In this document: positions 11,489-21,777 of the stretch, piece after piece | Position numbering within the stretch: the stretch's first letter is position 1 | How the letters are laid out: each line of letters begins with the position of its first letter | DNA from: Epithemia pelagica | Taxonomy: Eukaryota; Protista; Bacillariophyta | Direction: 5' to 3' | Length of the DNA: 64,000 nt | Assembly (NCBI GenBank): GCA_946965045.2 | Contig: OX337232.1 | Location: 806,001 to 870,000, forward strand | Notes under the pieces: generated by a model | Told to the model about the DNA's origin: nothing | What the model saw: only the letters and a program-made list of their open reading frames with translations | Database searches by the model: none | Program-made: the position numbers and the translations under genes

Positions 11489-12589
11489 TTAACTAGTAGC
11501 GTTGGACAAGAACCGGACCTTTTCTACGTCTCCTTGTACTCCTTGTTCGTCGTGTTCGTGCGAGTCCGACGAATCCATGGATCCTTGTTCCACTTGCAAC
11601 GGCGAGGGAACGGCCAGAGATGAGCTGGTTGCTACTGTTGTTGTTGTTGTAGCCGTAGGAGGGACGACCACAATGGGGTGCCAACGATCCGGGTGGTGGT
11701 GGTTGTCGTCGTCGTTGGTCATGGGAAGAACCTGTGCCACGGCAAACTCAATCTCCTCGTCCTGGTCATGGCCAAGAGTTCTGGAGTCCACAGGGACCGA
11801 GACAGCGGGTGCACTGGTCGCCGTTGTGGAGGATACGGCCCAATCGGGGACGCGCGGTGCGGGTTGTTGCAACAGCTGGGCCTTGGCCAACACAAATTCT
11901 TCAGAAGTCAAAACTCCTTGAGCTTTGAGAGTGGCAAGCTTTTGCAGCTCCTCTACCAAAGAAGACGACGAAGACGAGGGTGCTGTGGTGGTGGTTGGAA
12001 ACGCCGCCAGACGAGCGGCGAGTCGTAATGCTTGAGGAGAGCGCCCCGGAGAGCGGCGAAGGATGGGAGAGAAATAAAGGGCCCCCACATATTTGGCTTG
12101 CTGCTGCTGGTTGGAAGCCTGGTGGTTTCGTCGAGGGAGAATCGACACACGGATTCTATACGGTCGATACAACCGTTGCAGCTGCTCCACATACCGTTTC
12201 CACTCCAACAACAGTCGAACTTGGTTGGATTTGTCGGCTTGGGTCAGTCGCCCACCGTGCTGGAGAATGAAAACTGTCAAGAAACAGGGTACCACCCAAC
12301 AAAAGAAAAGATACAATATCACACTGAAAACCTCCACGTTTAGGACCAAAATCATCCAATGTATCACGACAATAAAGCTGAACCCTGTTCCATAAGCACA
12401 AAAATGGACTTTGCGTGCAGAGGCCAACAGATTGGATATCTTGGACTGATACTCCACAACGTGAAGATAGGTGTCACGCCACAACTCCTCCGGAACTTGG
12501 GACAATTCCAAGAGTTCGGGCATGGGATACATATTACGGTTCCACATCCCCGATAAATTGATGAGCTGAAAGCCACTTGCCTCCGTCAT
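11489..12589 (-). CDS. Erf4/Golgin-A7-like 2-TM protein with SHOCT domain, paralogue 1
   Basis: PELLELSQVPEELWRDTY...2 TM...YRPYRIRV; SHOCT-like LVEELQKLATLKAQGVLTSEEFVLAKAQLL. Confidence 0.75.
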   Translation of the reverse strand: MTEASGFQLINLSGMWNRNMYPMPELLELSQVPEELWRDTYLHVVEYQSKISNLLASARKVHFCAYGTGFSFIVVIHWMILVLNVEVFSVILYLFFCWVVPCFLTVFILQHGGRLTQADKSNQVRLLLEWKRYVEQLQRLYRPYRIRVSILPRRNHQASNQQQQAKYVGALYFSPILRRSPGRSPQALRLAARLAAFPTTTTAPSSSSSSLVEELQKLATLKAQGVLTSEEFVLAKAQLLQQPAPRVPDWAVSSTTATSAPAVSVPVDSRTLGHDQDEEIEFAVAQVLPMTNDDDNHHHPDRWHPIVVVPPTATTTTTVATSSSLAVPSPLQVEQGSMDSSDSHEHDEQGVQGDVEKVRFLSNATS

Positions 12590-13163
12590 TCTAAAGAGTT
12601 ATCGTGCACTCTTGTTGAAGACTATGAGCTGATGTGGGGCCGGACTTGGGAGTAAGGTATGAACCATGAAAATGGGAGACCATGGACCATGGGTCTCCAT
12701 TCTCCATGATAAAACGGAGTTTTTGTGGTTCCGTGTGTGTGTTGTGTGTGTCCTCTATGATGGACGCGATCCAGTAGGATGGCCGGCGGAATTGCGCGCG
12801 TGTACTCTCATGTGAAAAGAAAAAAGACTACCTAACCTTAGTACAGGTAACCTTACTTAGAGGAGTACGAGTGATTGAATGATGACAACATCCAAAAATC
12901 AAGAGTGGCGTCCAAGCAAATGGCCAAGCCAGAGAAAACGAAATACACTGTTCGCTATAGGCCCATGTCAGTGGTCTTGCAGCTTGCTATTGCATTTTCT
13001 CCATCCTCCTCTAACAGAAGGAAACTCCATTCGACAATTTTTGCCTACTCTCGTAGCCACTTTGTATATTCCAAACGTGGGCGGTCAGAAACTGCATACT
13101 AACTACTTTTGCCTGGCTACTTTGTATTATTCGAATACTGGGCAGCCCGAAACTGTACAATGA

Positions 13164-14186
13164 CTACTTTTGCATGGACAAGAGCGAAGCCGTTTCAACG
13201 TCCTTTTGGACTCGCATGGGTTCTTGTTGTGGATCATCCGACAACGAGTCCATCGATCCTGGTCTCACGTCCGACGATGAGGACTCCACCGACAAGGGAT
13301 CCAAAGGCAATGAGGTTGCTGTCGTCGTCAAAGGGACACCCATGGGTTGCATATCGTCGTTCAGGGTAAGAACCTGTGCCACTGGAAAGGCCTCTTGGCG
13401 ATTGGGACTTGCCGCCACTGCCACTGGTGGTAGTTGCTGCAAAATATATGCCTTGGCCGTGGCAAATTCATCCAGAGTCAAAGCTCCCTGTGCTTTGAGA
13501 TCGGCCAGTCGTTGCAACTCGTCTACCAAAGAGGACGCGGAAAAGGCGGTGGTGGCCATCCCTGTTGCAGCAGTGCGGGCAGCGAGACGCGAGGATACAG
13601 TTTCTGAGACACGTTGATTCACATGGTTGAGGGGAGAGAACTGAAGGGCGCCCACAATTATTGTGGGTGGTGCCTTGGAACCTTGATTGTGTCGTTGTTT
13701 GGGTGAGAGGAGGGCCAATCGGATGCCATAAGGTCGATACAATGCCTGCTGTTGTTCCACATACTGTTTCCATTCCAGCAACACTTGAACTTGACTCAAG
13801 TGCCGGGCTCCACACAACCGCGCCCCGCAACGAAGTATCAACACGGTGACGAGATAGGGAAGCACCATAATAAGCATAATAAGGAACAGGTAGAAAAACA
13901 ATTCAGACATTTCTGACATGTCCAGGTAGCCAATAGACAAAAACAAAAGGCCGGAGGGAGTAAAGATAGCCAGACTGAAACCTGTTCCGTAAGCCCAACA
14001 GTTTACTCTGCGTGAGGCAGCTAGCAATTTGGATATCTTGGACTGATACTCCAAAACATAATCATAGGTATCACGCCACATCTCTTCCGGGACTTGAGAC
14101 GACACCAAGAGCTCAGGCATGGGGGACACATTGCGGTTCCATATCCCCGAAACATTGATAAGTTGAAACTGATTGTAGTCCATCAT
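13164..14186 (-). CDS. Erf4-like/SHOCT membrane protein, paralogue 2
   Basis: ATG at 14186 (MMDYNQFQLINVSGIWNRN); same motifs, with LVDELQRLADLKAQGALTLDEFATAKAYIL. Confidence 0.75.
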   Translation of the reverse strand: MMDYNQFQLINVSGIWNRNVSPMPELLVSSQVPEEMWRDTYDYVLEYQSKISKLLAASRRVNCWAYGTGFSLAIFTPSGLLFLSIGYLDMSEMSELFFYLFLIMLIMVLPYLVTVLILRCGARLCGARHLSQVQVLLEWKQYVEQQQALYRPYGIRLALLSPKQRHNQGSKAPPTIIVGALQFSPLNHVNQRVSETVSSRLAARTAATGMATTAFSASSLVDELQRLADLKAQGALTLDEFATAKAYILQQLPPVAVAASPNRQEAFPVAQVLTLNDDMQPMGVPLTTTATSLPLDPLSVESSSSDVRPGSMDSLSDDPQQEPMRVQKDVETASLLSMQK

Positions 14187-14655
14187 TTGCTTTGAGTTGT
14201 TTCTTGTTTTATGGTTTTGACATTTGACATACGAACAATGAACACGGTGGAACAAAGATCATGGTTTCGGTTTGTCTGTGTTGTGTCTTCTTGGTGTCGC
14301 GAGGCACTTGATTGGCCGGATTCATTCGGGTCCCGCCTGCGATTTTGCGCAGGTCCCACGATGATGGCCATGACGATGTGCAGGTTGCAGGTGTCGGAGT
14401 CAGCCGACGACCACAAATGGTTGTCCCAGAGGATCAAAACAGGCCGTGCATGTGTGTAGCTTCATCAGCCATGGTATAGCCATCCAAGTTTGGACCACAC
14501 ATGACACGGAGAACAATTTTACGGTGCTACAACTGCCAAACCGTTCCGACTCAAACCTGTTCTACTACGATAAAAAATGTACTAGAAGGCTCGGCTGCAG
14601 GGGACTTTCCAATGTCATTGGCACCCTTCCCAATGTCGTTTCTGGTTTCTGGCAG

Positions 14656-15360
14656 CTATTCTGAGACATGAGACTTCAAAATGCGTGCCTTGGCTTGGAG
14701 AAACTCTTCTTCGGTCAGGTCGCCACTCGCTTTGAGATCCGCAAGTTTCTTCAAATCCTCAACAAAGGAAGAACGCATTGAAGAGATGTTGTCCACATTA
14801 ATCTCTTGACTTGAAGCAGGTCTGGAAAACCACCGGATCCAACTCCCGGATTGACCTGTACCTTTCTGTTTGGTTGGCGAAGAGCCAGTGGTCGTTGAGA
14901 AGACAAGAGATCCCACAGTTAACCTCTTGGTGCTGCCATCCTTTCGCTTGCTTTCAATGGGAACGACAGTGATTCCATACGGTTTGTACTGGAGCTGCTG
15001 AAGCTCTACGAAATGTTTCCACTTTTTCAGGATAAGTGCTCGTCGCGATCGTCGAAACACCAAGATGAGGAAAATGATAGGAAGAAATACGAATAGTGTC
15101 ATGCAAATCAATTCGACGTCGTGATCGTATGCAACAGAATCAACAGAAGGCAGCAGCGCCCAGACAGCCGCAACGGCACAGGCTCACCACCCGCTCGCGT
15201 AACAATTCGACATCATTGCGTGATATTTAAGAACGTCCTCGTAGGTGCCACGCCACAACGATTCAGGAACTTGCGAGGATACCACCAGTTTGGGTACAAG
15301 GGAAACATTGCAGCTCCATTTTCTCCCCGTCTTGATGAGTTGAAAGGTACTGCCCTCCAT
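14656..15360 (-). pseudogene. Erf4-like/SHOCT paralogue 3 with a single in-frame TGA (15184-15186)
   Basis: ORFs 15184-15513 and 14656-15111 share one frame: MEGSTFQLIKTGRKWS...YASGW*ACAVAAV...FVEDLKKLADLKASGDLTEEEFLQAKARIL. Confidence 0.7.
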
Positions 15361-15752
15361 GATTGTTGCAGAGACAAGTTGTGATGCAGAAGTTGGCAAA
15401 AACTGGGATCCTCTCATAAAAGTCTCAATGCTACAAGAGTCAAGTTTTCGTGCGGAGATTCCATATCTATCATGTGGGACGTGACGGTCTGTTTGAATCA
15501 CAGCCCTATGCAAACAAGGTCAAAATCGTGCACATGGAGAAAACCATGTCAAGGAACGATTGAGTAGTCGAATGCCGAGTGAAATGAAGCATGTCTCAGA
15601 ATTAAGCTCTACTGTTTTTGACACAATTGCGGATTGTCGATAATGAAATGAGAAACTATGTGGCACAATTGAGGCAGCTGACTAAGAAAAAGGGAAGAAG
15701 ACAGAAGATATGGCAGCACATGCATAGCAGCACTTTGTGGAGCATTGCTCTG

Positions 15753-16751
15753 TCAAATTTGATGAGACCAGAGAATCGCCCTCGCTGCATCTTGTTGTAG
15801 CTGTTGTCGAGCGGACAGTTCAATCGATCCTTGCTCTACCTCTACAGGTGCAGGAACCCAACAGGACGGGTTGGTTGTAAGAGGAATATTGCTACGAGAC
15901 GAAGTTTTGTGTGTTTCATCCCGGTAGCGCATGGGAATCGCATGCGCCACCGCCAACTCAGGGTCAACAGTTGATCCACTCGACAACAAGGAATCGATAG
16001 GACCCATCCGCTGAGCGCTTGTTCTTGCGGAGGACAGGGCTGGGTGCAGTCCGTGGGACGGTTTCAGTAGGTGGACCTTGGCCCAGACAAATTCTTCCGG
16101 GGTCAAATCACCGTCCACTTTGAGATCTCGGAGTTGTTGCAGTTCCTCTACCAAACAGGAGGAGGATGACGTCGCTCGAGTCACACGAGCGCCTTGGTTC
16201 ACCGTTCCACAAGATGGTTGGTTAAGGGCACTACGAGCAAATTCAAGGGCTCCGACAACAATGGCCGGTGATTCCGTGCCACGGGCACGTTTGGTTTGAA
16301 GAAGGATCAATCGGATTCCATACGACCTATACCTGTATTGTTGCTCTTCCACATACTGTTCCCACTCGAGCATGAGTTGGACATGATTCGACTGGTCCGC
16401 CTTGGTCCAACGCATACCCCAGCGCTGCAACAGCACGGCAACCACCACTGGCAGGGACCAGCAACAAAGAATGAGGTAACTGTAGAGTTGCATTTCTGTC
16501 AATTTTAGGACCAAAGTCAACCATGTCAGGACGATTCCCAAACCGATGCCGAATCCAACAGAACAAAAGCGTATATTCCGTTCACATGCCAACAGGTGGG
16601 AAATTTTGGAGTGATGCTCCACAACGTCATGATAGGTATCACGCCACATTTCTTCAGGCACGTATGAAGACACCAAGAGTTCGGGAATGGGGGAGACATT
16701 GCGGTTCCACATTCCGGAGACATTGACCAGTCGAAATCGATTGTCATCCAT
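15753..16751 (-). CDS. Erf4-like/SHOCT membrane protein, paralogue 4
   Basis: MDDNRFRLVNVSGMWNRN...LVEELQQLRDLKVDGDLTPEEFVWAKVHLL. Confidence 0.75.
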   Translation of the reverse strand: MDDNRFRLVNVSGMWNRNVSPIPELLVSSYVPEEMWRDTYHDVVEHHSKISHLLACERNIRFCSVGFGIGLGIVLTWLTLVLKLTEMQLYSYLILCCWSLPVVVAVLLQRWGMRWTKADQSNHVQLMLEWEQYVEEQQYRYRSYGIRLILLQTKRARGTESPAIVVGALEFARSALNQPSCGTVNQGARVTRATSSSSCLVEELQQLRDLKVDGDLTPEEFVWAKVHLLKPSHGLHPALSSARTSAQRMGPIDSLLSSGSTVDPELAVAHAIPMRYRDETHKTSSRSNIPLTTNPSCWVPAPVEVEQGSIELSARQQLQQDAARAILWSHQI

Positions 16752-17157
16752 GGTTGCTCGTGAAATCTTCACTAACGTGTTCTCTCTCGCTATCGATCGT
16801 GGAGGAATCTTGTCGATTGTTCAGAGGTCTAGTTATGAGGACATGATGAATGGCTCTATGGAGAATGTTTTCTGTTATTCAGCGTTGATTCAATATTCCA
16901 ACAGTGTGTTGTCGCCCGTTGTTCGCTTGTTGTCGATAGAAGATAAATTACATAGTGTCGTTAGGAGGACTCAACGATCACGTAGACGGATGATAGAGAC
17001 TAGGGAACCATCCCCAGAACGGTCCGGTGGCAAAGTAACAATACATCGCTCCATTCGGCATGTTCGTGGTTCGCGAGATCTACCCAGCGCGTCTTCACAG
17101 TAAGAACCTGTTGAACAGGGATTTTTGAGGGCACTTACAATTGAACTACACCATCGA

Positions 17158-17272
17158 CTTTCTGCAGGGCGCCCGTCTCATTTTGCTCACAAATGGACCG
17201 AGTAAAGCATCAAGGAAAAAGCTTCAATCTTCGAACGCTCACCACAAAGCATCCACGGTTCGCAACTCACAA
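17158..17272 (+). repeat. ~130-bp dispersed repeat, copy 2
   Basis: Homologous to the reverse complement of 1600-1732. Confidence 0.85.
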
Positions 17273-17419
17273 CACATCATCACAGTCTCTCAAACAGCGG
17301 CGTAGCATGAGGCGTACATGGTGCACTGTTCCTGGCGGTTGTTGATCTGCCGATGTACCGACTGTCCCTCTGTCTTTTCCCAGCGCTGAACCGTCCTGAC
17401 GGAGGACCTCAGGTACCAC

Positions 17420-17576
17420 GCAATCAAATTGATCTTCTCCAAAGCCCGTTGACCATTCTATTACCTGATGAAGTTCTTCTTTTGATCTACCATTCTTCTC
17501 TGATCTATTCACATAATGTGGATAAATAGATGCGACTGGTCATATGTAATAATCTGTTCTTTGATACGCCACTCAT
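17420..17576 (-). pseudogene. Frameshifted 5' fragment of a DUF2200-family gene
   Basis: MSGVSKNRLLHMT/VASIYPHYVNRSEKNGRSKEELHQVIEWSTGF matches the recalled DUF2200 N-terminus (MTFASVYPHY...EKKGRTKEELHQVIEWLTGF). One frameshift near 17540; similarity is lost after ~17420. Confidence 0.7.
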
Positions 17577-17750
17577 ACAACTGTAGGCACCCATTCCAAC
17601 CCCAAATTTTATCATGCCTATGTGGTGCTAACCAAAAATTAACCAGTTCTTGCCTTTTCCGTCACGACAATAGTCGTAAATCGAACAGTGTTGCTGGAAA
17701 CAACAACAGGTGTTGAGCGCAGTGCAACGATAACGGCTCCCCATTTTGAC

Positions 17751-18752
17751 TTATCCGTCGTCTCCCCATTGATAACCAGTGGTCTCGGTTATTCCTGCAT
17801 TAGCATGAAAGTCCAACACTTGCAGGGGAGTCATCCCATCACTGAGAGTGACATCCGTAATCCCCTCTAGTACGGCAAAATCTGTGATATCGCTAAGCTT
17901 CCAGACCATGTCATTCCACTCCGGGGCGGCTTGGAACGGCTCGCCAACATTAGAACCTCGTGGATTGTTGATAACTTGGTCAACCGGCAAAATTTGCACG
18001 CCGCCATTGAGCCTAACCAATTCGTTAGCCCATTCTTTTTCCTTGACCATAATAAGGGCTGATACGCCAACATCTTTGACTTCTTCGTAAAGCCTGCCGA
18101 CGAAGTCCGAGTTTGCTTCCGATCTTGATAAGTCGTCGATAACTAAAAGAGGTAGTTCCTGGCAATTCTGTCGACCACGAGGCTTTCCGGTGGGCGGATG
18201 ACCTCTCATGCGAACCAAATCAGCTTCAAACGGCTGATGATGAGAGAAGCAGGACCTGACCCGTCGCAACGTGGCAGGCAGTCTGGCAAAAATAATATCC
18301 CAGTTGTTTCCCCGTCTTTTTCTTGCGTGAGCAGTCCGCTGGTGTTCTGTCAGCAACGCTGCAACAAGGAGAGAATGAACATGTGGCGAAGCCTCTGGAG
18401 CATCCAATTTCTTCGAGAATGATACGGCAATGTCTTTTGTGTCACCAGCTCGAATCATGATGCTCCTACGAGGCCGGTGTCCATGGTCACCGTGCAATAG
18501 ATACATGGCTGCCATTGTCTTGCCCGCGCCTGACACCCCACAGCAAATGTACGTCTTCCCCGGTATCGCCGCCAAATAATGATGAATCAAAGCAATGTTA
18601 CTCGATTGGCTTGACACCACCTCGGTCCTTTTTCGGCAAATGGCCAAATACCCTCCTGGAAGCGGCCGCTTCGTCAAGTTGGTCGAGCAACCATAAAACC
18701 AACGCGTTCCACTTTCGACTTCCATTGTTTGCTGTAAATACCCTGTTCTCAC
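17751..18752 (-). CDS. P-loop NTPase; 5' end disrupted next to the YR retrotransposon, possibly a pseudogene
   Basis: Walker A CGVSGAGKT and Walker B LLVIDD. Confidence 0.65.
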   Translation of the reverse strand: MRTGYLQQTMEVESGTRWFYGCSTNLTKRPLPGGYLAICRKRTEVVSSQSSNIALIHHYLAAIPGKTYICCGVSGAGKTMAAMYLLHGDHGHRPRRSIMIRAGDTKDIAVSFSKKLDAPEASPHVHSLLVAALLTEHQRTAHARKRRGNNWDIIFARLPATLRRVRSCFSHHQPFEADLVRMRGHPPTGKPRGRQNCQELPLLVIDDLSRSEANSDFVGRLYEEVKDVGVSALIMVKEKEWANELVRLNGGVQILPVDQVINNPRGSNVGEPFQAAPEWNDMVWKLSDITDFAVLEGITDVTLSDGMTPLQVLDFHANAGITETTGYQWGDDG

Positions 18753-18786
18753 GGTCGCCGTACCGACGACCTAACCCTAACCTTAA

Positions 18787-19274
18787 CCTCAGTGTACGTC
18801 AAAGTTAAAAGGGGACCAAGAGCAAGACCAAGATCACCTCCCTCTTCCCTACCGATAGATGTTGATATGAAATGACGCCGGGCTTGGCACAGGCCAGCGA
18901 CAAACCTGTCACGGTAGGATGTCACGGTTCAGCATCTTCACTCGGAAGTTGCTTCACCGCAAAACATCTGCACATTCCGATAACGACAGGATACCAGAGA
19001 ACAGCAAATGACGAAAGAAAGGGGCCGCCCTATCCGAGCCCTGCCGAGAACTGGTATGAGTTGTTAATCGAAACTATTCAACAATGATGGATTGTCCTCC
19101 AATGCATGGACTCCATCCAATGAGGCAAGGCTGGCGATTGGGTCAACACAGCCAAAGCCGAATCCGAATCCACAACGCACTGAGCTCACTCTTATCAGGT
19201 TCAGCGTTCGTTTGGCAAAGGTCTGATCTCCTTTGGCAGCGTTCCACCACCTCTCAAGAGTAATTTGGGCTTTT
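18787..19274 (+). repeat. Split direct repeat A1 (488 bp)
   Basis: Appears identical by eye to 27519-28006. Confidence 0.95.
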
Positions 19275-19309
19275 CCTTCTCCCTTTGTGTTCCTTTGTCG
19301 TCTTTCCTC

Positions 19310-21753
19310 ATGTCTTTCGCTCCGTCTCAAGCTTCTCCTCCCGACGATGAGGACTCCCTCCTTTCGTCTCTCGTTGCTTCGGCATCCATTGCCACTCCGG
19401 GCATGGCCGGGGCCCCAGTTCTTGCTGGGGCTCAGGGGGGGGGGGATAGTGGTCAGATTTCCTTCCTTCCTTCTGATTCCACGGACCTTTCGACAGCTAC
19501 TCCCATGAAGACGACTGTTACGGAACCCTCAGGCACGGGCGATTTCTCGTCTACAAGTAAGTTCGGAATTACCTTCCTCTCCGACGAAACCGCCCAGGAA
19601 AAGCTCCTTTGTTTGGGAATCAAGCGAGGGGGGAACACCTTTTGCATAGACCCCAAGTGCTCCAAAGCCGGGGACCATGGAACAGGTTTACCCCCCTTCG
19701 ACTTGTCTCAAACCAGCGGAGGATTCATTATGAAGAACTCGGCATCCGCTTTCTGCTCGCCAGTCATTCCTCTTGATTCTATTCCGTCCGAAATCAAGAA
19801 CAAGCTCCTCCAAGAAAAGCATACGGTGGATGACTGGATGAAGAAGTCCCTAGCTATCAAGCGCTTCGCGTTGATCAAAAAGGAACAAGGAGAAACAGCT
19901 GAGAACCTTGAAGAGTCGGAAGCTCGTGCCATCAAGATCACGGACTCTTCGACACCGTACACTGTTTCGAAACGTTTCGCAACTTCAAATCCGTCTTTTG
20001 TAGTTGAAAATTTCTCTCCTCATCGAAAAATCCTCGGCGGAAATCTGCAAGAGGTGACAACCAAGATTCGAGAAGACCCAAGCATGATCCCAATGGTATT
20101 GCGGGAGATCGAGGATTCTATGATGGAAGCTGGAGAGTTGATCCGTGCTATCTCCTCTGACCAGGTAAAGGCAAAACAAGAAGTCGTTGATAATGTTGAA
20201 GCCTTGGGATTGCAACAAGAAAAACTACACATGGAAATCGGACCGAGGGAAAACATTAATGAGGTTTTTCAAGCCCCAACAATTTGGGGTGTCCTTCAAG
20301 CCATTACCAACTCAATTACGGGGAGTGATTCAACTTCGGGGGGAGTCAATCAAGACTCACTCCGATCCATGGAATCGTTTATCAAGTCCAAGGTCGGTGA
20401 TCTAGACATTCAAGTCAACAACATGTCGACTCATTTCAAGACGCTTCATTTGCAAACAAGAAACGATTTGCAGACCGTGTCCACGGATGCTAAGGCCATG
20501 GTGGATTCCCTTCGTTCTCACTTGGTCAAAGGCATCCAAGGCCTCATCAGTCGTATGTCTACAGTGGAGCAGTCGGTGCAGATAATTCAACAGAACGGGA
20601 TAAACAATCCAAGCAACTCGATGTCGAGCGGCACTTTGGGAAACTTGACTCCGCAACAACAAATCGATTGGTTGGCTAAACCAGCAAGCTGGAGGCAGAA
20701 ATCCAAGGACTAAAAGCTGTCCTCCAACAGGGACAAGCGGATTTTCAACGTTTGAAGTCTAAGATGGATACAACAGCGATCAAGTTTGGAAACTTGGGTT
20801 TGTCGACAGTCGACGACTGCAAAGCATGGGTCGCTATGAAGTTTGGCTCCAGGGCTAGTGGATTGTTCTTCGACTTGCCTTTGGTTTTGGAATGGTGTGC
20901 CTCCCAGGAGCATGGCGACGTTTTGTCCATGCTTACGACAATGGAAAAAAGGCACAAGATGCAAATCGCTACTACAAATGAAGCGAGATCTCTTTATGCC
21001 ATGAAGCTTGAGTTTCCACAGATTCTTTACAAAGATCTGCCTGGAACCGGCCGAGACCCGTCTTTCTTAACAGCTATGAAATACTATGAAGATTGGGAGG
21101 CTCCAGAAACAGGAGTCCGAGATAGAATCATCAACAAGATCGGCAATATGCAATCCATGTTTGGAGAACAGATCGCAATCACAATGTCGGGTGAACCGGA
21201 AGCCCGTGCCTTGGCTACCTCGATGCTGTCGGTCTCAATTGGATGTTGTCGTGAGCTTGTGAATTATTTTGACGAAACAATGAACGAGCTTACGACGAAA
21301 TCGAAGTTCACCACACGCAAGGCTTTTAGCCTGGTAACGCAAGTGGTTCGACGCTTCTTCTTGGACCTCTACAAGGTGAGGGCTCAAGTCTATTCGTCGA
21401 TTTCAACCTCGGATCAAAGTGGTCAATGTGCGTGGATCCTCTATGGGGTGCTTCGAACTCACGACGTCATGGCAGAATATTCTACCGCGCGTTTCGAGAA
21501 TCACCCGTCCGTTTCCAGTGAATATATTCGGTTCCTGTCAACGAACTCAGGATTTGAATCCCTAAAAACACTGGAGGACAAGGTGGACTCTCTCAAACAA
21601 AACATGCAAACGGCCACCAAAGAATGTCATGCGGCGAAGAAAGCAGCGGATACTGCTAATAGCACTGTGGACTCAGTCAAAAAGGACGTGGCTGAGTTGA
21701 AGAAAGCAAACAAACGCCGTGGCGGAAGCAACAGCAACAACAACAGCGATTGA
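19310..21753 (+). CDS. ORF1 (gag-like coiled-coil protein) of the YR element, split by a -1 frameshift at ~20680
   Basis: ORFs 19265-20713 and 20752-21753 join as ...IDWLAK/TSKLEAEIQGLKAVLQQ... if one base is added at GCTAAACC. N-terminal C/H cluster (LLCLG...FCIDPKC...DH). Confidence 0.7.
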
Positions 21754-21777
21754 CAAGAAGGAGCATCTAAATTAGGA

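Noticed and set aside
18872-19087. Identical 71-aa ORFs (also 27604-27819)
   Set aside because: They lie inside non-coding repeats A1/A2; the identity reflects the repeat.
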